Assembly (NCBI GenBank): GCA_038087875.1
Contig: CM075990.1
Coordinates: 8,000,001 to 8,064,000, forward strand
Direction: 5' to 3'
Source: Malacoraja senta
Taxonomy: Eukaryota
DNA: 64,000 nt
In this document: positions 49,921 to 60,400 of the stretch, piece after piece
How the letters are laid out: each line of letters starts with the position of its first letter
Position numbering within the stretch: position 1 is the first letter of the stretch
Translations under genes and position numbers: made by a program
Notes under the pieces: generated by a model
What the model saw: only the letters and a program-made list of their open reading frames with translations
The model's database searches: none
What the model was told of the DNA's origin: nothing

Positions 49921-50736
49921 TTCATTTAAACATTTCACTTTTTATCACTCCAATGTTTTCTTAGCAAAGGCATTCACTAATTTGTGCTTTATCCATGTGA
50001 GCAAATGTACAATAATCTTCACAGATGCAAGGAACTGCAGACGCTAGAATCTTGGATAAAACACAGTGTTGGAGTAACTCGTCGAGTCAGTAGCATCTGA
50101 TGAAGGGTCCCAACCCAAAACGTCATCGATCCATTCCTTCCACAGACACTGCTTGACCCACTGAGTTACTCCAGCACCTTGTGTTTTGTACAAAATCCTT
50201 CTTCCAAACTTCCAAATTCCTCCTTAGGCTTGCTATACCCTACGCAGAAGTGGTCTCTTATTAGATGTCAACTCATGTCCATCAATTGATGTTCTTATTT
50301 GCCTTCCTCTTTCAAAATGTTCTGACCTATCTGTACATTGCACAGCTGTCTTTTAGGATTTGTTCTTTATATTTAGTTTACTTTGACTTAGAGATGCAGC
50401 AGGGAAACGGACATATTGGTCCATAGAAATCATTGATTAACCGTACACGCCAGTTCTAACGCCAGGAAATGACAATAAAGATATACAATAATGTATGTAA
50501 TCCCACTTTCTCATTAGGGGCAATTTTAAAGAAGCCAATTAGCCTAGTAACCCACATACCTTTGGGACACATACCTTCGGTCAGGTTATCATCACTGTAA
50601 ATGTCCTTTTTCAAAAACCAGTTAAAAAAAAAAAAAAGTCTTGAGATTTATTTTCTGCCTTATTATGAATATAACAGGAAAGCAAAAAATGGCAGCCCAG
50701 CTCTGATCTGGTGATTGTCCAGTCTGTTGTTGTTAC

Positions 50737-50810
50737 CTGCAATGGACTTGACTTCACCTCGCTTTCCATGTCCACGCCCATCATTTCCAGGTGAAGCCGT
50801 CCAAAAATCC
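50737..50810 (-). other. Candidate 74-nt host-gene exon
   Basis: Long polypyrimidine acceptor ttttcc(tc)n ttcctcacactttcAG and donor CAG|GTAAC; open frames IFGRLHLEMMGVDMESEVKSSPLQ or DFWTASPGNDGRGHGKRGEVKSIA; unique flanks. Gene not identified. Confidence 0.5.
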
Positions 50811-51064
50811 CTGAAAGTGTGAGGAAGAGAGAGAGAGAGAGGAAAATGAACCATCCATGAACCATTGCTCTTGGATGTTAATACAGGAATATTTGAAGCT
50901 TTCTTTTTGCTTAGTTTTGGACTTTATCAAACGAGCCTCATTCAAGATAGATCCATGAGAGCAGTTTAGATGAGGGCCTAGGGCTTTGCATTGTCTCTCA
51001 GCAGCTTCCTCCTGCAAATCGCCAAGAGATGGGAGACTGCATCTGTTGCCCTTGCAAGCCAGTT

Positions 51065-51078
51065 GTTACCATGGAGAC
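51065..51078. promoter_or_regulatory. RFX X-box-like motif
   Basis: GTTACCATGGAGAC versus consensus GTTRCCATGGYAAC; a weaker match GTTGCCCTTGCAAG lies about 20 bp upstream. Confidence 0.3.
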
Positions 51079-51480
51079 CTGGACCTTAACTAAACTTATT
51101 TCTCTTCTCTAATGATTATACATTGACAGTTTTTTTATTAGTTATTATAATAAACAGTAATAATGCTCAGATTTATACATTGCAACAACATTTTTCAAAG
51201 TGGATGGATTGCATTCTGCACCAGCGATTTTCCGAGAATAGCAATGTGATGAATGACTAGATAATGCAGGACAAATGAATCGCAATGGGAAACATGCACT
51301 GGAAATGAGATGTGCAATTAACCTGCGTTAGTTTGGTTTGGGCAGGTCACCAACAAATTTGGTGCTCGTCATTATTGTGCTCATAGAGTTAGCACCAGCT
51401 GTACGACCAGATTAATATGGATTTGTGTATGCAAGTTGGCTTGTGGACAAGAACACCTCAAACTAACTTGGGCTGAAACC

Positions 51481-51576
51481 CAGTCTGAAGAAGGGTTTCG
51501 GCCCGAAACGTTGCCTATTTCCTTCGCTCCATAGATGCTGCTGCACCCGCTGAGTTTCTCCAGCATTTTTGTGTAC
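51481..51576 (+). mobile_element. 96-bp Penelope terminus carrying a hammerhead motif, with 14-bp TSD
   Basis: TSD CTTGGGCTGAAACC (51467-51480, 51577-51590); CTGAAGA-A-GGGTT-TC-GGCCC-GAAACGTT at 51485-51512. Confidence 0.85.
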
Positions 51577-51896
51577 CTTGGGCTGAAACCATGCCTGTTC
51601 TTCTGTTGGCTCTAACCTAAAAATCCTTCTGAGGGTTAAGAACTTTGCAGAAAACAATGCCAGTGCAGGGCAACCTGAACAACTGGCAGCTGGGTGGGTG
51701 AGATGGAGAAAACGAGAAAGATCATCTATGTCCAGCACATGTTGAATTGACAATAGGAATGTTTGGCATCAATGGCCAAGGCACTGTCTATAAGAGTTGG
51801 GACATCATGTTACAAATTGTTTGGCTATGCTTGGGAATATTGTGTGCAGTTCTGGTCCACATAATTTAGGTGGGGCATGATTAAGCTAGAAAGAGT

Positions 51897-54800
51897 TCTA
51901 AAACCAGTGAACTCTTACACATATATCTAAAACCAGTGAACTCTTACACATATATATGGAAAACACAAATATAACAGATGTATGGAGGATTGCAAACCCG
52001 ACGGGAAGGGATTACTCGTTTTATTCAATGGTGCATAAAACATATTCACGGATAGACTATTTTCTAGTGGATACAAAATTAATCTCGCAATCTTTGAATC
52101 CTAAATATCATATTAATGCGATCTCAGATCATTCTCCGTTAACTTTTGTTCTAAAACTAGAAGGAATGTCTATGAATAAACCGTTCTGGAGGTTTAACTC
52201 ACAAATTTTAAAAGACCCTCAAGGGAGTATCTATCTAAAAAAACAGATGGATCTATTTTTTGAGTTAAATGATATACCAGAGATATCCCCCACGTTATTA
52301 TGGGAATCCTTCAAAGCATTTATAAGAGGAGTCATTATTTCATTTCAAGCTTATCAAAATAAAAAGAATAAGAATGAACAAAGACACTTAGAAGATCAAA
52401 TAAAACAGTTAGATATAGATAATGCTAAAGACCCAACTATGGATAAACATAATAAAATACTACTACTGAAATTTCAGTTAAATAAATTACTGTCAGAGAA
52501 AGTTATAACATTATTTCAAATCACAAAACAAGAACACTTCGAATTCGGGGACAAACCCCACAAACTTCTAGCACGACAACTTAAAAAACGGGAAAAAGAG
52601 AATGCAATATTAAAGATTAAATCAGATAGAGGGGAAGTATTAACACTACCCAAGGATATTAATAAAAGATTTGCTCAATTTTACCAGAATCTATACACAT
52701 CTAAAACGTCAATAGACAATAATAAAATCTCAGAATTTTTAGATAATTGTAATCTACCACAATTAGAACGCAGGGAACAAGAGGAACTGGGAGCACAAAT
52801 TACTTCTAAGGAGATAGAAGACACAATAAAAACACTAAAAAATGGAAAAACACCAGGACCAGACGGATTCAGTAATGAATTTTATAAATCTTTTTATGAT
52901 ATAGTTACTCCACGATTACAAAAAATGTATACATATGCTTATAAAGAGCAAAACCTACCTGAAACACTAGCGGAATCAACGATCATATTAATACTTAAAA
53001 AAGATAAAAATATAGAAGAACCAGGATCATATAGAGCTATTGCTTTGTTAAATACGGATCAGAAAATAATAGCAAAAACATTAGCCAATAGATTAAGCAA
53101 GTATGTTAGTAGACTAATACATGAGGATCAAACAGGATTTATACCTAAGAGACACTCATTTAATAATTTGAGACGTTTGCTTAACATAATGCATTCACAT
53201 AAATCTTATGACCAAGAGTTAGCTATCATCTCACTGGACGCAGAAAAAGCGTTTGATCAAGTAGAATGGGACTATATGATCAAAGTATTGCAAAAATTCC
53301 AATTGGGAGAAAACTTTATTGCATGGATAAAACTACTATATAACAAACCTACGGCTAGAATACTAACTAATAATATATTATCTTCAAAATTCGAATTATC
53401 TAGGGGCAACAGACAAGGATGTTCACTATCACCGCTGTTATTTGCTTTGGTAATTGAACCCCTTGCTGAAAAAATAAGAACACACTCGAATATTCACGGT
53501 TATAACACAAAATATTCAAACAACAAACTATCCCTATATGCTGATGATGTTCTACTGTATATCACAAAACCACAAATTAGTATACCAAATATATTAAACT
53601 TAATTGAGGACTTTGGATCCTTTTCAGGATATAGAATAAATTGGAACAAAAGTGAAATTATGTCGATTAAACCAAAAGATTCAACACATCTCAGGAAATT
53701 CCCTTTTAAAATAGCTATGGAAAAATTCAAATATTTAGGAATTGAGATTACTAGAAATTACCATGATATGTTTAAAGCTAATTATAATCCCCTACTTAAG
53801 AAATTAAATAATCTGATTAAATTTTGGAAAACACTTCCGATGTCCTTAATAGGTAGGATAAATGCTATAAAAATGATTTTCTTACCACAAATCCTTTACC
53901 TATTTCAATCAATACCTATATATCTCCCAAAAAAGTTTTTCAAAAAACTGGACTCAGACATTACAAATTTTATATGGGATTACAAATCCCACAGAATACA
54001 AAGAACACACCTTAACAAACGAAAAGAGTTGGGGGGTCTAGCGCTCCCTAACTTTATGTATTATAACTGGGCAGTAAATATTAAAAATATGATTCACCTG
54101 CTGGACAATTCTGCCCAGCAGGTGGACTGGATTATAATGGAAAAAGGGGATTGCTCCCCGAATAATATAGGAGCGATTATTCTCTCTCCAATAAACTTGA
54201 ATAATAAAAATTATAATAAAAATCCAATTATATATAGCACTATTAGAACATGGAAGCAAATAAAACAGAATCTAAAATTAAGAAACCTATCTCTCTTAAT
54301 ACCAATAGTCAATAACCCATCGTTTAAACCTTCAATCATAGATAAAGCATTTATACAATGGGAAAGAATGGGAATTAAAACGCTCGAAGATCTGTATGAA
54401 TTAGAAAAATTACTATCATTCCAACAACTACAACTGAAATATAATTTGAAAAATAATCAATATTTTAAATATATACAAATCTGTGACTATTTGAAAACAC
54501 ACACAAAAGATTATTATAATATGCCTTCCGACTTACTAGATGAAGCAATGAAGACAAAGGCGGAATCAGCTAATTTAATATCATACTTATATAATATCAT
54601 TTTAAATATAGAAATACCCACAACAGATGGAATTAGAAGAGATTGGGAACAAGATCTAGGTATAAAAATTTCAAAAGAGAGTTGGGATAATCATTTATTA
54701 CAGGTGCATAAATGCTCGATCAACGTACGACATACGCTTATCCAATTTAAAACATTACATAGATTATATTATTCAAAAACCAAACTAAATAAAATCTTTC

Positions 54801-55618
54801 CTAACGTCTCACCAATCTGTGATAAATGTATATGTCAAGAAGCTACCATAGCACATTCTTTTGTTTTTTGTACAAAAATCCAAAAATTCTGGTTTGAAAT
54901 ATTTGATATTTTTTCAAAATTAATCAAAATAAAACTGGTACCAAAACCAGAATGGATTATTTTTGGAATATCGGAAGGTATTCCTGAATTAAACGTGTAT
55001 CAGAAGAATTTACTCAATTATGGGCTAATAATGGGAAAAAAGCTTATACTTAAATTCTGGAAAAATGCGCCCACACCAACTATAAAAATGTGGACATCAA
55101 ATATGTTGGAAACATTACATCTGGAAGAGATGAGATTCCTCCTAGTAGGCAAAGCAGATCAATTTCAAAAGACGTGGTCTACGTTTTTGGACCTATTACA
55201 AGCATGAGGTGCAATAGTAATTTAGAAAAACAAATAAATAAATAAAAGGTATCTGGACCTGGTTATGGGAGGTAAAATAAAAATAGACTTGGTTGGTAGT
55301 TCCTTCTCTATGAAGTATGGTATAAGAGTCATAATAGAGCGATTGTTCCTTCTTTCTTTCTCTTTTTTTTTCTAGGGTCTATTTTCTAACTTTACTTCCT
55401 TCTCTAACCTCTTTTCTAAGGGGCTTTCTTTTCCCAACACTCTTTTGCACTTCACAACCTTTGCGCACTTTCTTCACTTTTCTTACTTCTTTCTTTTTCT
55501 TTCTTAAAGTTTAAAAAAGTGAAGCGGTACAAAAAATGTATTAATATATACGTGTTGTACATTACTGTAATCTACCGTACTTCTAAAAAATAAAAAAAAT
55601 AAAAAAAAAAAAAAAAAA
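51897..55618 (+). mobile_element. Young 5'-truncated L1-clade LINE inserted into an old CR1
   Basis: Intact reading frame, pyrimidine-rich 3' UTR, poly(A) at 55585-55619, TSD AGAAAGAGT (51888-51896, 55619-55627); CR1 remnants on both sides. Confidence 0.95.
51956..55207 (+). CDS. L1 ORF2 (C-terminal part of APE endonuclease, RT, CCHC), N-terminally truncated
   Basis: 1083 aa without stops: SRIDYFL, SDH, KTPGPDG, DAEKAFD, QGCSLSP, YADD, CDKC...H...C. Confidence 0.9.
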   Translation: MENTNITDVWRIANPTGRDYSFYSMVHKTYSRIDYFLVDTKLISQSLNPKYHINAISDHSPLTFVLKLEGMSMNKPFWRFNSQILKDPQGSIYLKKQMDLFFELNDIPEISPTLLWESFKAFIRGVIISFQAYQNKKNKNEQRHLEDQIKQLDIDNAKDPTMDKHNKILLLKFQLNKLLSEKVITLFQITKQEHFEFGDKPHKLLARQLKKREKENAILKIKSDRGEVLTLPKDINKRFAQFYQNLYTSKTSIDNNKISEFLDNCNLPQLERREQEELGAQITSKEIEDTIKTLKNGKTPGPDGFSNEFYKSFYDIVTPRLQKMYTYAYKEQNLPETLAESTIILILKKDKNIEEPGSYRAIALLNTDQKIIAKTLANRLSKYVSRLIHEDQTGFIPKRHSFNNLRRLLNIMHSHKSYDQELAIISLDAEKAFDQVEWDYMIKVLQKFQLGENFIAWIKLLYNKPTARILTNNILSSKFELSRGNRQGCSLSPLLFALVIEPLAEKIRTHSNIHGYNTKYSNNKLSLYADDVLLYITKPQISIPNILNLIEDFGSFSGYRINWNKSEIMSIKPKDSTHLRKFPFKIAMEKFKYLGIEITRNYHDMFKANYNPLLKKLNNLIKFWKTLPMSLIGRINAIKMIFLPQILYLFQSIPIYLPKKFFKKLDSDITNFIWDYKSHRIQRTHLNKRKELGGLALPNFMYYNWAVNIKNMIHLLDNSAQQVDWIIMEKGDCSPNNIGAIILSPINLNNKNYNKNPIIYSTIRTWKQIKQNLKLRNLSLLIPIVNNPSFKPSIIDKAFIQWERMGIKTLEDLYELEKLLSFQQLQLKYNLKNNQYFKYIQICDYLKTHTKDYYNMPSDLLDEAMKTKAESANLISYLYNIILNIEIPTTDGIRRDWEQDLGIKISKESWDNHLLQVHKCSINVRHTLIQFKTLHRLYYSKTKLNKIFPNVSPICDKCICQEATIAHSFVFCTKIQKFWFEIFDIFSKLIKIKLVPKPEWIIFGISEGIPELNVYQKNLLNYGLIMGKKLILKFWKNAPTPTIKMWTSNMLETLHLEEMRFLLVGKADQFQKTWSTFLDLLQA

Positions 55619-56074
55619 AGAAAGAGTGCAAAGATGATTCACAAGGATGTTATCTGGATTGGAGGGGTTGAGTTATTGGAGAGATTGTTCAGTGTTTGCT
55701 AGAGCAAAGGAGGCTGAGAGGTGACATGGTATCAATATATAAAATAATGAGAGGCATAGATAATCGGTGTATGTTTCACATGGTAGGAGAGCCTAAAAAT
55801 GGAAGGCATAGGTTAATGGTGAGTGGGAGGAGGTTTAAAGGAGTTCTGAAGGGTACATTTCCACACGGAGGGTGGTTAATATTTGGAATGAGCATCAGTG
55901 GTGCTGGTGAATGCAGGAACAGTAATGACATGGAAGAGACACTTTGACAGGTGCTTGTATGAGCAGAGCTTTGAGGAATATGAATTTAATGCAGGCAAGT
56001 GGGATTAATATACCTATATATAAAATCCAACTTGCCTGCATTCATTTCATATTCCTCAAAGCTCTGCTTTATAC

Positions 56075-56108
56075 ACACATGCATGCACACACACACACGC
56101 GCACATGC

Positions 56109-56187
<79 letters not shown>

Positions 56188-56211
56188 CACACACGCACAG
56201 ACGCACGCACG

Positions 56212-56286
<75 letters not shown>
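56075..56286. repeat. Compound (CA)n microsatellite
   Basis: About 210 bp of CA with CG interruptions. Confidence 0.97.
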
Positions 56287-56290
<4 letters not shown>

Positions 56291-56329
56291 CCCACACATA
56301 CGTTTCCCACACATACGTGGCGGGAATGT

Positions 56330-56868
56330 CCCAGGGAGCCGCGCGTGCCCGATTCACCCGCCGAACAACCGCGCCATCGCCAACCAGAACGGCGACCGAA
56401 ACGCGCCCTGGTATGCCCGACTCGCCCCACAGGTCACCCAGGAGACTGCGGTGATGCCGGGCAATGAGGCCTGTCTGGGCCGAAGGAGCCTCAGCGGTGA
56501 CGGTGATGGGAGCCTTGGGGGCAGTGGCGGGAGCCTCGACGGCAACGGGGGCCTCGGTGGCGATGGGGCTTCGCGGTCCATGTGTGTGAGGGGGGAGGGG
56601 AAGACAATGGGCACCCAGCGTGGGGGGAACGCTGTGAGGGAGGGTGGGTGAACAAAGGGGGACCCTGTGTGAGGGAGGGGGCGCTCTCTAGTTTAGAATC
56701 CTCTGCCCAGGGGCTAAGTCTGTGTGTGTTCGGCAGCCAGCCAACAGTCGCTTGTCTTTTCCTTTTTTCACTTTTCATTTCCAGTTTTTGTGTACCTTAT
56801 GCTTTGTGACTGTCGCCAGACCAATTTCCCTCTGGGGATGAATAAAGTTTTATTGTATTGTATCGTAT
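56330..56868 (+). mobile_element. Unclassified CpG-rich retroposon with LINE-type tail
   Basis: GC-rich body with about 18-21-bp gggagcctcggcggcgac-like repeats; ends aataaagttttattgtattgtatcgtat. Confidence 0.45.
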
Positions 56869-57866
56869 GACAAGCACGTTACCAAAGCACTATTGTCAAA
56901 GCCAAAATACCTGCTAATTTTCCATCAGCATACCCGAGTGCCTGCATTACAAGTACTTTGCCTGCCCTACTGTTTACTGGTGCCCTAGTATCCTGTAGAC
57001 AGGTTACTGGAGTGATCTGATACTCTGTAACACTGGTACCCGTTAGACCACAAGTCATAGGAGCAGAATTGGGTCTTTCAGCCCATCAAGTCTACTCCAC
57101 CATTCAATCATGGCTGATCTATTATTCCCTCTCAACCCTATTCTCCTTTCTCCCTATCAATCTCTGCCTTTAAAAACACACAATAGCATTAACCACAGAC
57201 GTTTGTGGTAATGAATTCCACAGGTTAACCACCCTCTGGCTGAAGAAATTCTTCCTCAACTCCATTCTGAAGGTACTTCCTTTTATTTTGAGGCTCTGCC
57301 CTCTGGTTTTATCTTTCATAGTGGTGAGACTCTCCCACTAGTGAAAACATCCTTTCTTTCAAGCATGGGGTGGTTCCTGCATTTGCTGTAAGTGCAGCTG
57401 ATCAAATGTAGTTCCAGGACATAACGCACTCGGTAACATGCTCGGTTACTCTCTTTTGGAGAAGCTGGTGGCACATAACGACCACATAAATGAGCAGATT
57501 GGCAGGTTGGCCTCTGTCAGTTATGCTTGCACAAATAATGGCATTGCAGCCTGTAGCAGATTTCTTGAATCGAGAATTTTAGATTTTTGAGATACAGCGA
57601 GGATAGCGGATGCCACCTTACATGGTTCACCATGCAGAGATGTCACACATGGCCTCATGTTCTGACCCATGTGCTTTATGAATTCCCAGCATGAAGCTGT
57701 GGTCTTATGAGGAAAGGCTGAGCGGATTGGGCGGATAGTGTACTCTGGATTTTAGAGAAGTGCAAGACGATGTTGAAACATATAAGATTTCTGCGAGAGC
57801 TCGACTGAGAGAATGTTTCCTCTTATGGGCGATCTACCAGAAGGGAATAACATTTCAGAATGAGGA

Positions 57867-58612
57867 AGACAAAAATGCTGGAGAAACTCAGCGGTTGAGG
57901 CAGCAACTATGGAGCGAAGGAAATAGGCAACATTTCGGGTCGAGACCCTTCTTCAGACTGATGTGAGGGTGGGGGGAGGCGGGGGGCAGAGACGGTGGGC
58001 TGAGGGAGGGCTGGGAAGAGGAGGAGAAAGCAAGGACTACCTGAAATTGGAGAAGTCAATGTTCATACCGCTGGGGTGTAAACTGCCCAAGCGAAATATG
58101 AGGTGCTGCTCATCCAATTTACGGTGGGCCTCACTCTGGCCATGGAGGAGGCCCAGGACAGAAAGGTCAGATTCAGAATGGGAGGGGGAGTTGAAGTGCT
58201 GAGCCACCGGGTGATCAGGTTGGTTAATGCGAACCGAGCGGAGGTGTTGGGCGAAACGATCGCCAAGCCTACGCTTGGTCTCACCGATGTAGAGCAGCTG
58301 ACACCTAGAGCAGCGGATGCAATAGATGAGGTTGGAGGAGGTGCAGGTGAATCTCTGCCGCACCTGGAAAGACTGCTTAGGTCCTTGAATGGAGTCAAAG
58401 GGGGAGGTAAAGCGACAAGTGTAGCATTTCCTGCGGTTGCAAGGGTAAGTGCCAGGAGATGGGGTGATTTGGGTGGGAAAGGACGAATTGACCAGGGAGT
58501 TACGGAGGGAGCGGTTTCTGCGGAAAGCAGACAGGGGAGGAGATGGGAAGATGTGGCCAGTGGTGGGATCCCGTTGGAGGTGACGAAAATGTCGGAGGAT
58601 TATTTGTTGTTA
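57867..58612 (-). mobile_element. 5'-truncated Penelope-like element (Neptune-type) with 11-bp TSD
   Basis: TSD CAGAATGAGGA (57856-57866, 58613-58623); GIY-YIG ORF followed by a hammerhead-containing terminus (57929-57956). Confidence 0.9.
58037..58609 (-). CDS. Penelope Cys-rich linker and GIY-YIG endonuclease (C-terminal fragment)
   Basis: One frame: ...AFRRNRSLRNSLV...CNRRKCYTC...NLIYCIRCSRCQLLYIGETKRRLGDRF..H...VAQHF...GMN. Confidence 0.88.
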   Translation of the reverse strand, partial: QQIILRHFRHLQRDPTTGHIFPSPPLSAFRRNRSLRNSLVNSSFPTQITPSPGTYPCNRRKCYTCRFTSPFDSIQGPKQSFQVRQRFTCTSSNLIYCIRCSRCQLLYIGETKRRLGDRFAQHLRSVRINQPDHPVAQHFNSPSHSESDLSVLGLLHGQSEAHRKLDEQHLIFRLGSLHPSGMNIDFSNFR

Positions 58613-58799
58613 CAGAATGAGGAGGTTGTTCACTTGAAATGAGGAGGAACCTCGGCTCTTGTTTTCCTGAATCTATGGAGAGCTATGGAGGTTGAATCAT
58701 CGGATATCCCCAAGGCAGACTTTTGATCTCTCTTGCTGAGTGTACTCTGCACCATCTCCAGTCCATTCATACTCTTCCAAAAGAGTGCAAAACAGAACT

Positions 58800-59075
58800 T
58801 ACCGAATAGTGAATGGCCTGAATAGACTAGAGTGGATGTGGAGAGGATGTTTCTACTAGTGTGAGAATCTTGGACCAGAGGTCGTAGCCTCCGAATTAAA
58901 GGACCTTCCTTTAGGAAGGAGATGAGTAAGAATTTCTTCAGTCAGAGGGTGGTGAATCTGTGGAATTCATTACCACAGGCGGCTGTGGAGGCAAAGTCAA
59001 TGGATATTTTTACGGCAGAGATGGATAGATTCTTGATTAGTACGGGTGTCAGGGGTTACGGGGAGAAGGCAGGAG
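58800..59075 (+). mobile_element. CR1 3' fragment
   Basis: NFFSQRVVNLWNSLPQAAVEA...GYGEKAG. Confidence 0.85.
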
Positions 59076-60084
59076 ACATCACCTGTCCATGTTTTTCAGA
59101 GACGCTGTCTGACCCGCTGAGTTGCTCCAGCACTTTGTGTCTTTATCTGTGAACCAGCATCTGCATTTCTTAATATCTAATAATCTACGCTGAGAAGTTT
59201 AACAGAATATTCAATAATTTGGGCCAGTGAACTGAGTTCCTTTTGCAAGGTCCGGCAAGCAGCAGGCACAAGGTAAAGTCGAAGCTGAGGGATAAGGAAT
59301 TGTTTGATGCAGGCTGTACAGTAGATTCCCAATATAATGCTGGGTTGATTTGGTACAATGGAACACCTTGGCTGTTGAGAATGTCATGCCCACAGCCTGT
59401 GCAGTCAGGGCTGAGAAATTGGTGTAATGTGTTTGATTCGTGTTGCAGCAGAACTCACTTGAATGCACACAGGTCATGGGGAAAATTCAGCTGCTTCTGT
59501 TCTCGGGAGTTTCATCTGTGATTATTTTTCATTTTTAAGGGATGGAATTCGTTAGGGAAAACTAAGAATTAAACAGTCCATGGATTGATCGATTGAAGGC
59601 AGAAAGTCAGTCAACATTTCCGCTGGGATGTTCACAGAGTATTCTAGAATACCACTGCCATTTTCAAACTAAAAATGTTTGTTTTTATTTGATTCAGTAA
59701 AACTACATTCGAGGCACCATATACATCTGACTTCAGGCTGACAGGAATAACGAAAACCTGATCCCAATATCATTGAGATTTCAGCTAAATGTTAAGGTAG
59801 TGGGAGCAGGAGGTGAACGGTTTCTCCATATCCACTTCTCCATTGATTGTCACCACTGATCCAACAACTCATTTACTTTGCGGGTCAGGGAGCATCTCTG
59901 GAGAACACGGACAGGTAACATTTTGGGTCAGGACTCGAGGGTCCTGTTCCGAAACATCACCAATCCATGTTGTTCAGAGATGCTGCTTGACCCGCTGAGT
60001 TACTCCAACACTTTGTACCATTTTGTAAACCAGCATCTGCAGTTCCTTGTACCTCTTTAATTTTCCTGTCTGATCCCCAATCCT

Positions 60085-60400
60085 ACTTAGTTTAGTTTAG
60101 AGATACAGCGCGGAAGCAGGCCCTTCGGCCCACCGGGTCCGCGCCGACCAGCGATCCCCGCACATCAACACTATCCTACACACACTAAGGACAATTTACA
60201 TTTACACCAAGCCAATTAACCTACAAACCTGTACGCCTTTGGAGTGTGGGAGGAAACCGAAGATCTCGGAGAAAACCCACGCAGGTCATGGGGAGAACGT
60301 ACAAACTCCGTACAGACAGCACCCGTAGTCAGGATCGAACCCGGGTCTCCGGCACTGCAAGCGCTGTAAGGCAGCAACTCTGCCGCTGCCCCACCGTGAC
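60085..60400 (-). mobile_element. Full-length V-SINE (HE1-like)
   Basis: (tttag)n tail, conserved body, caggatcgaacccggg. Confidence 0.9.

Noticed and set aside
51956..55207. Autonomous active L1 or domesticated gene
   Set aside because: No 5' UTR or ORF1 and the endonuclease N-terminus is missing; the open frame is best explained by recent insertion.
55944..56651. HT- and CV-repeat ORFs
   Set aside because: Artefacts of the (CA)n microsatellite.
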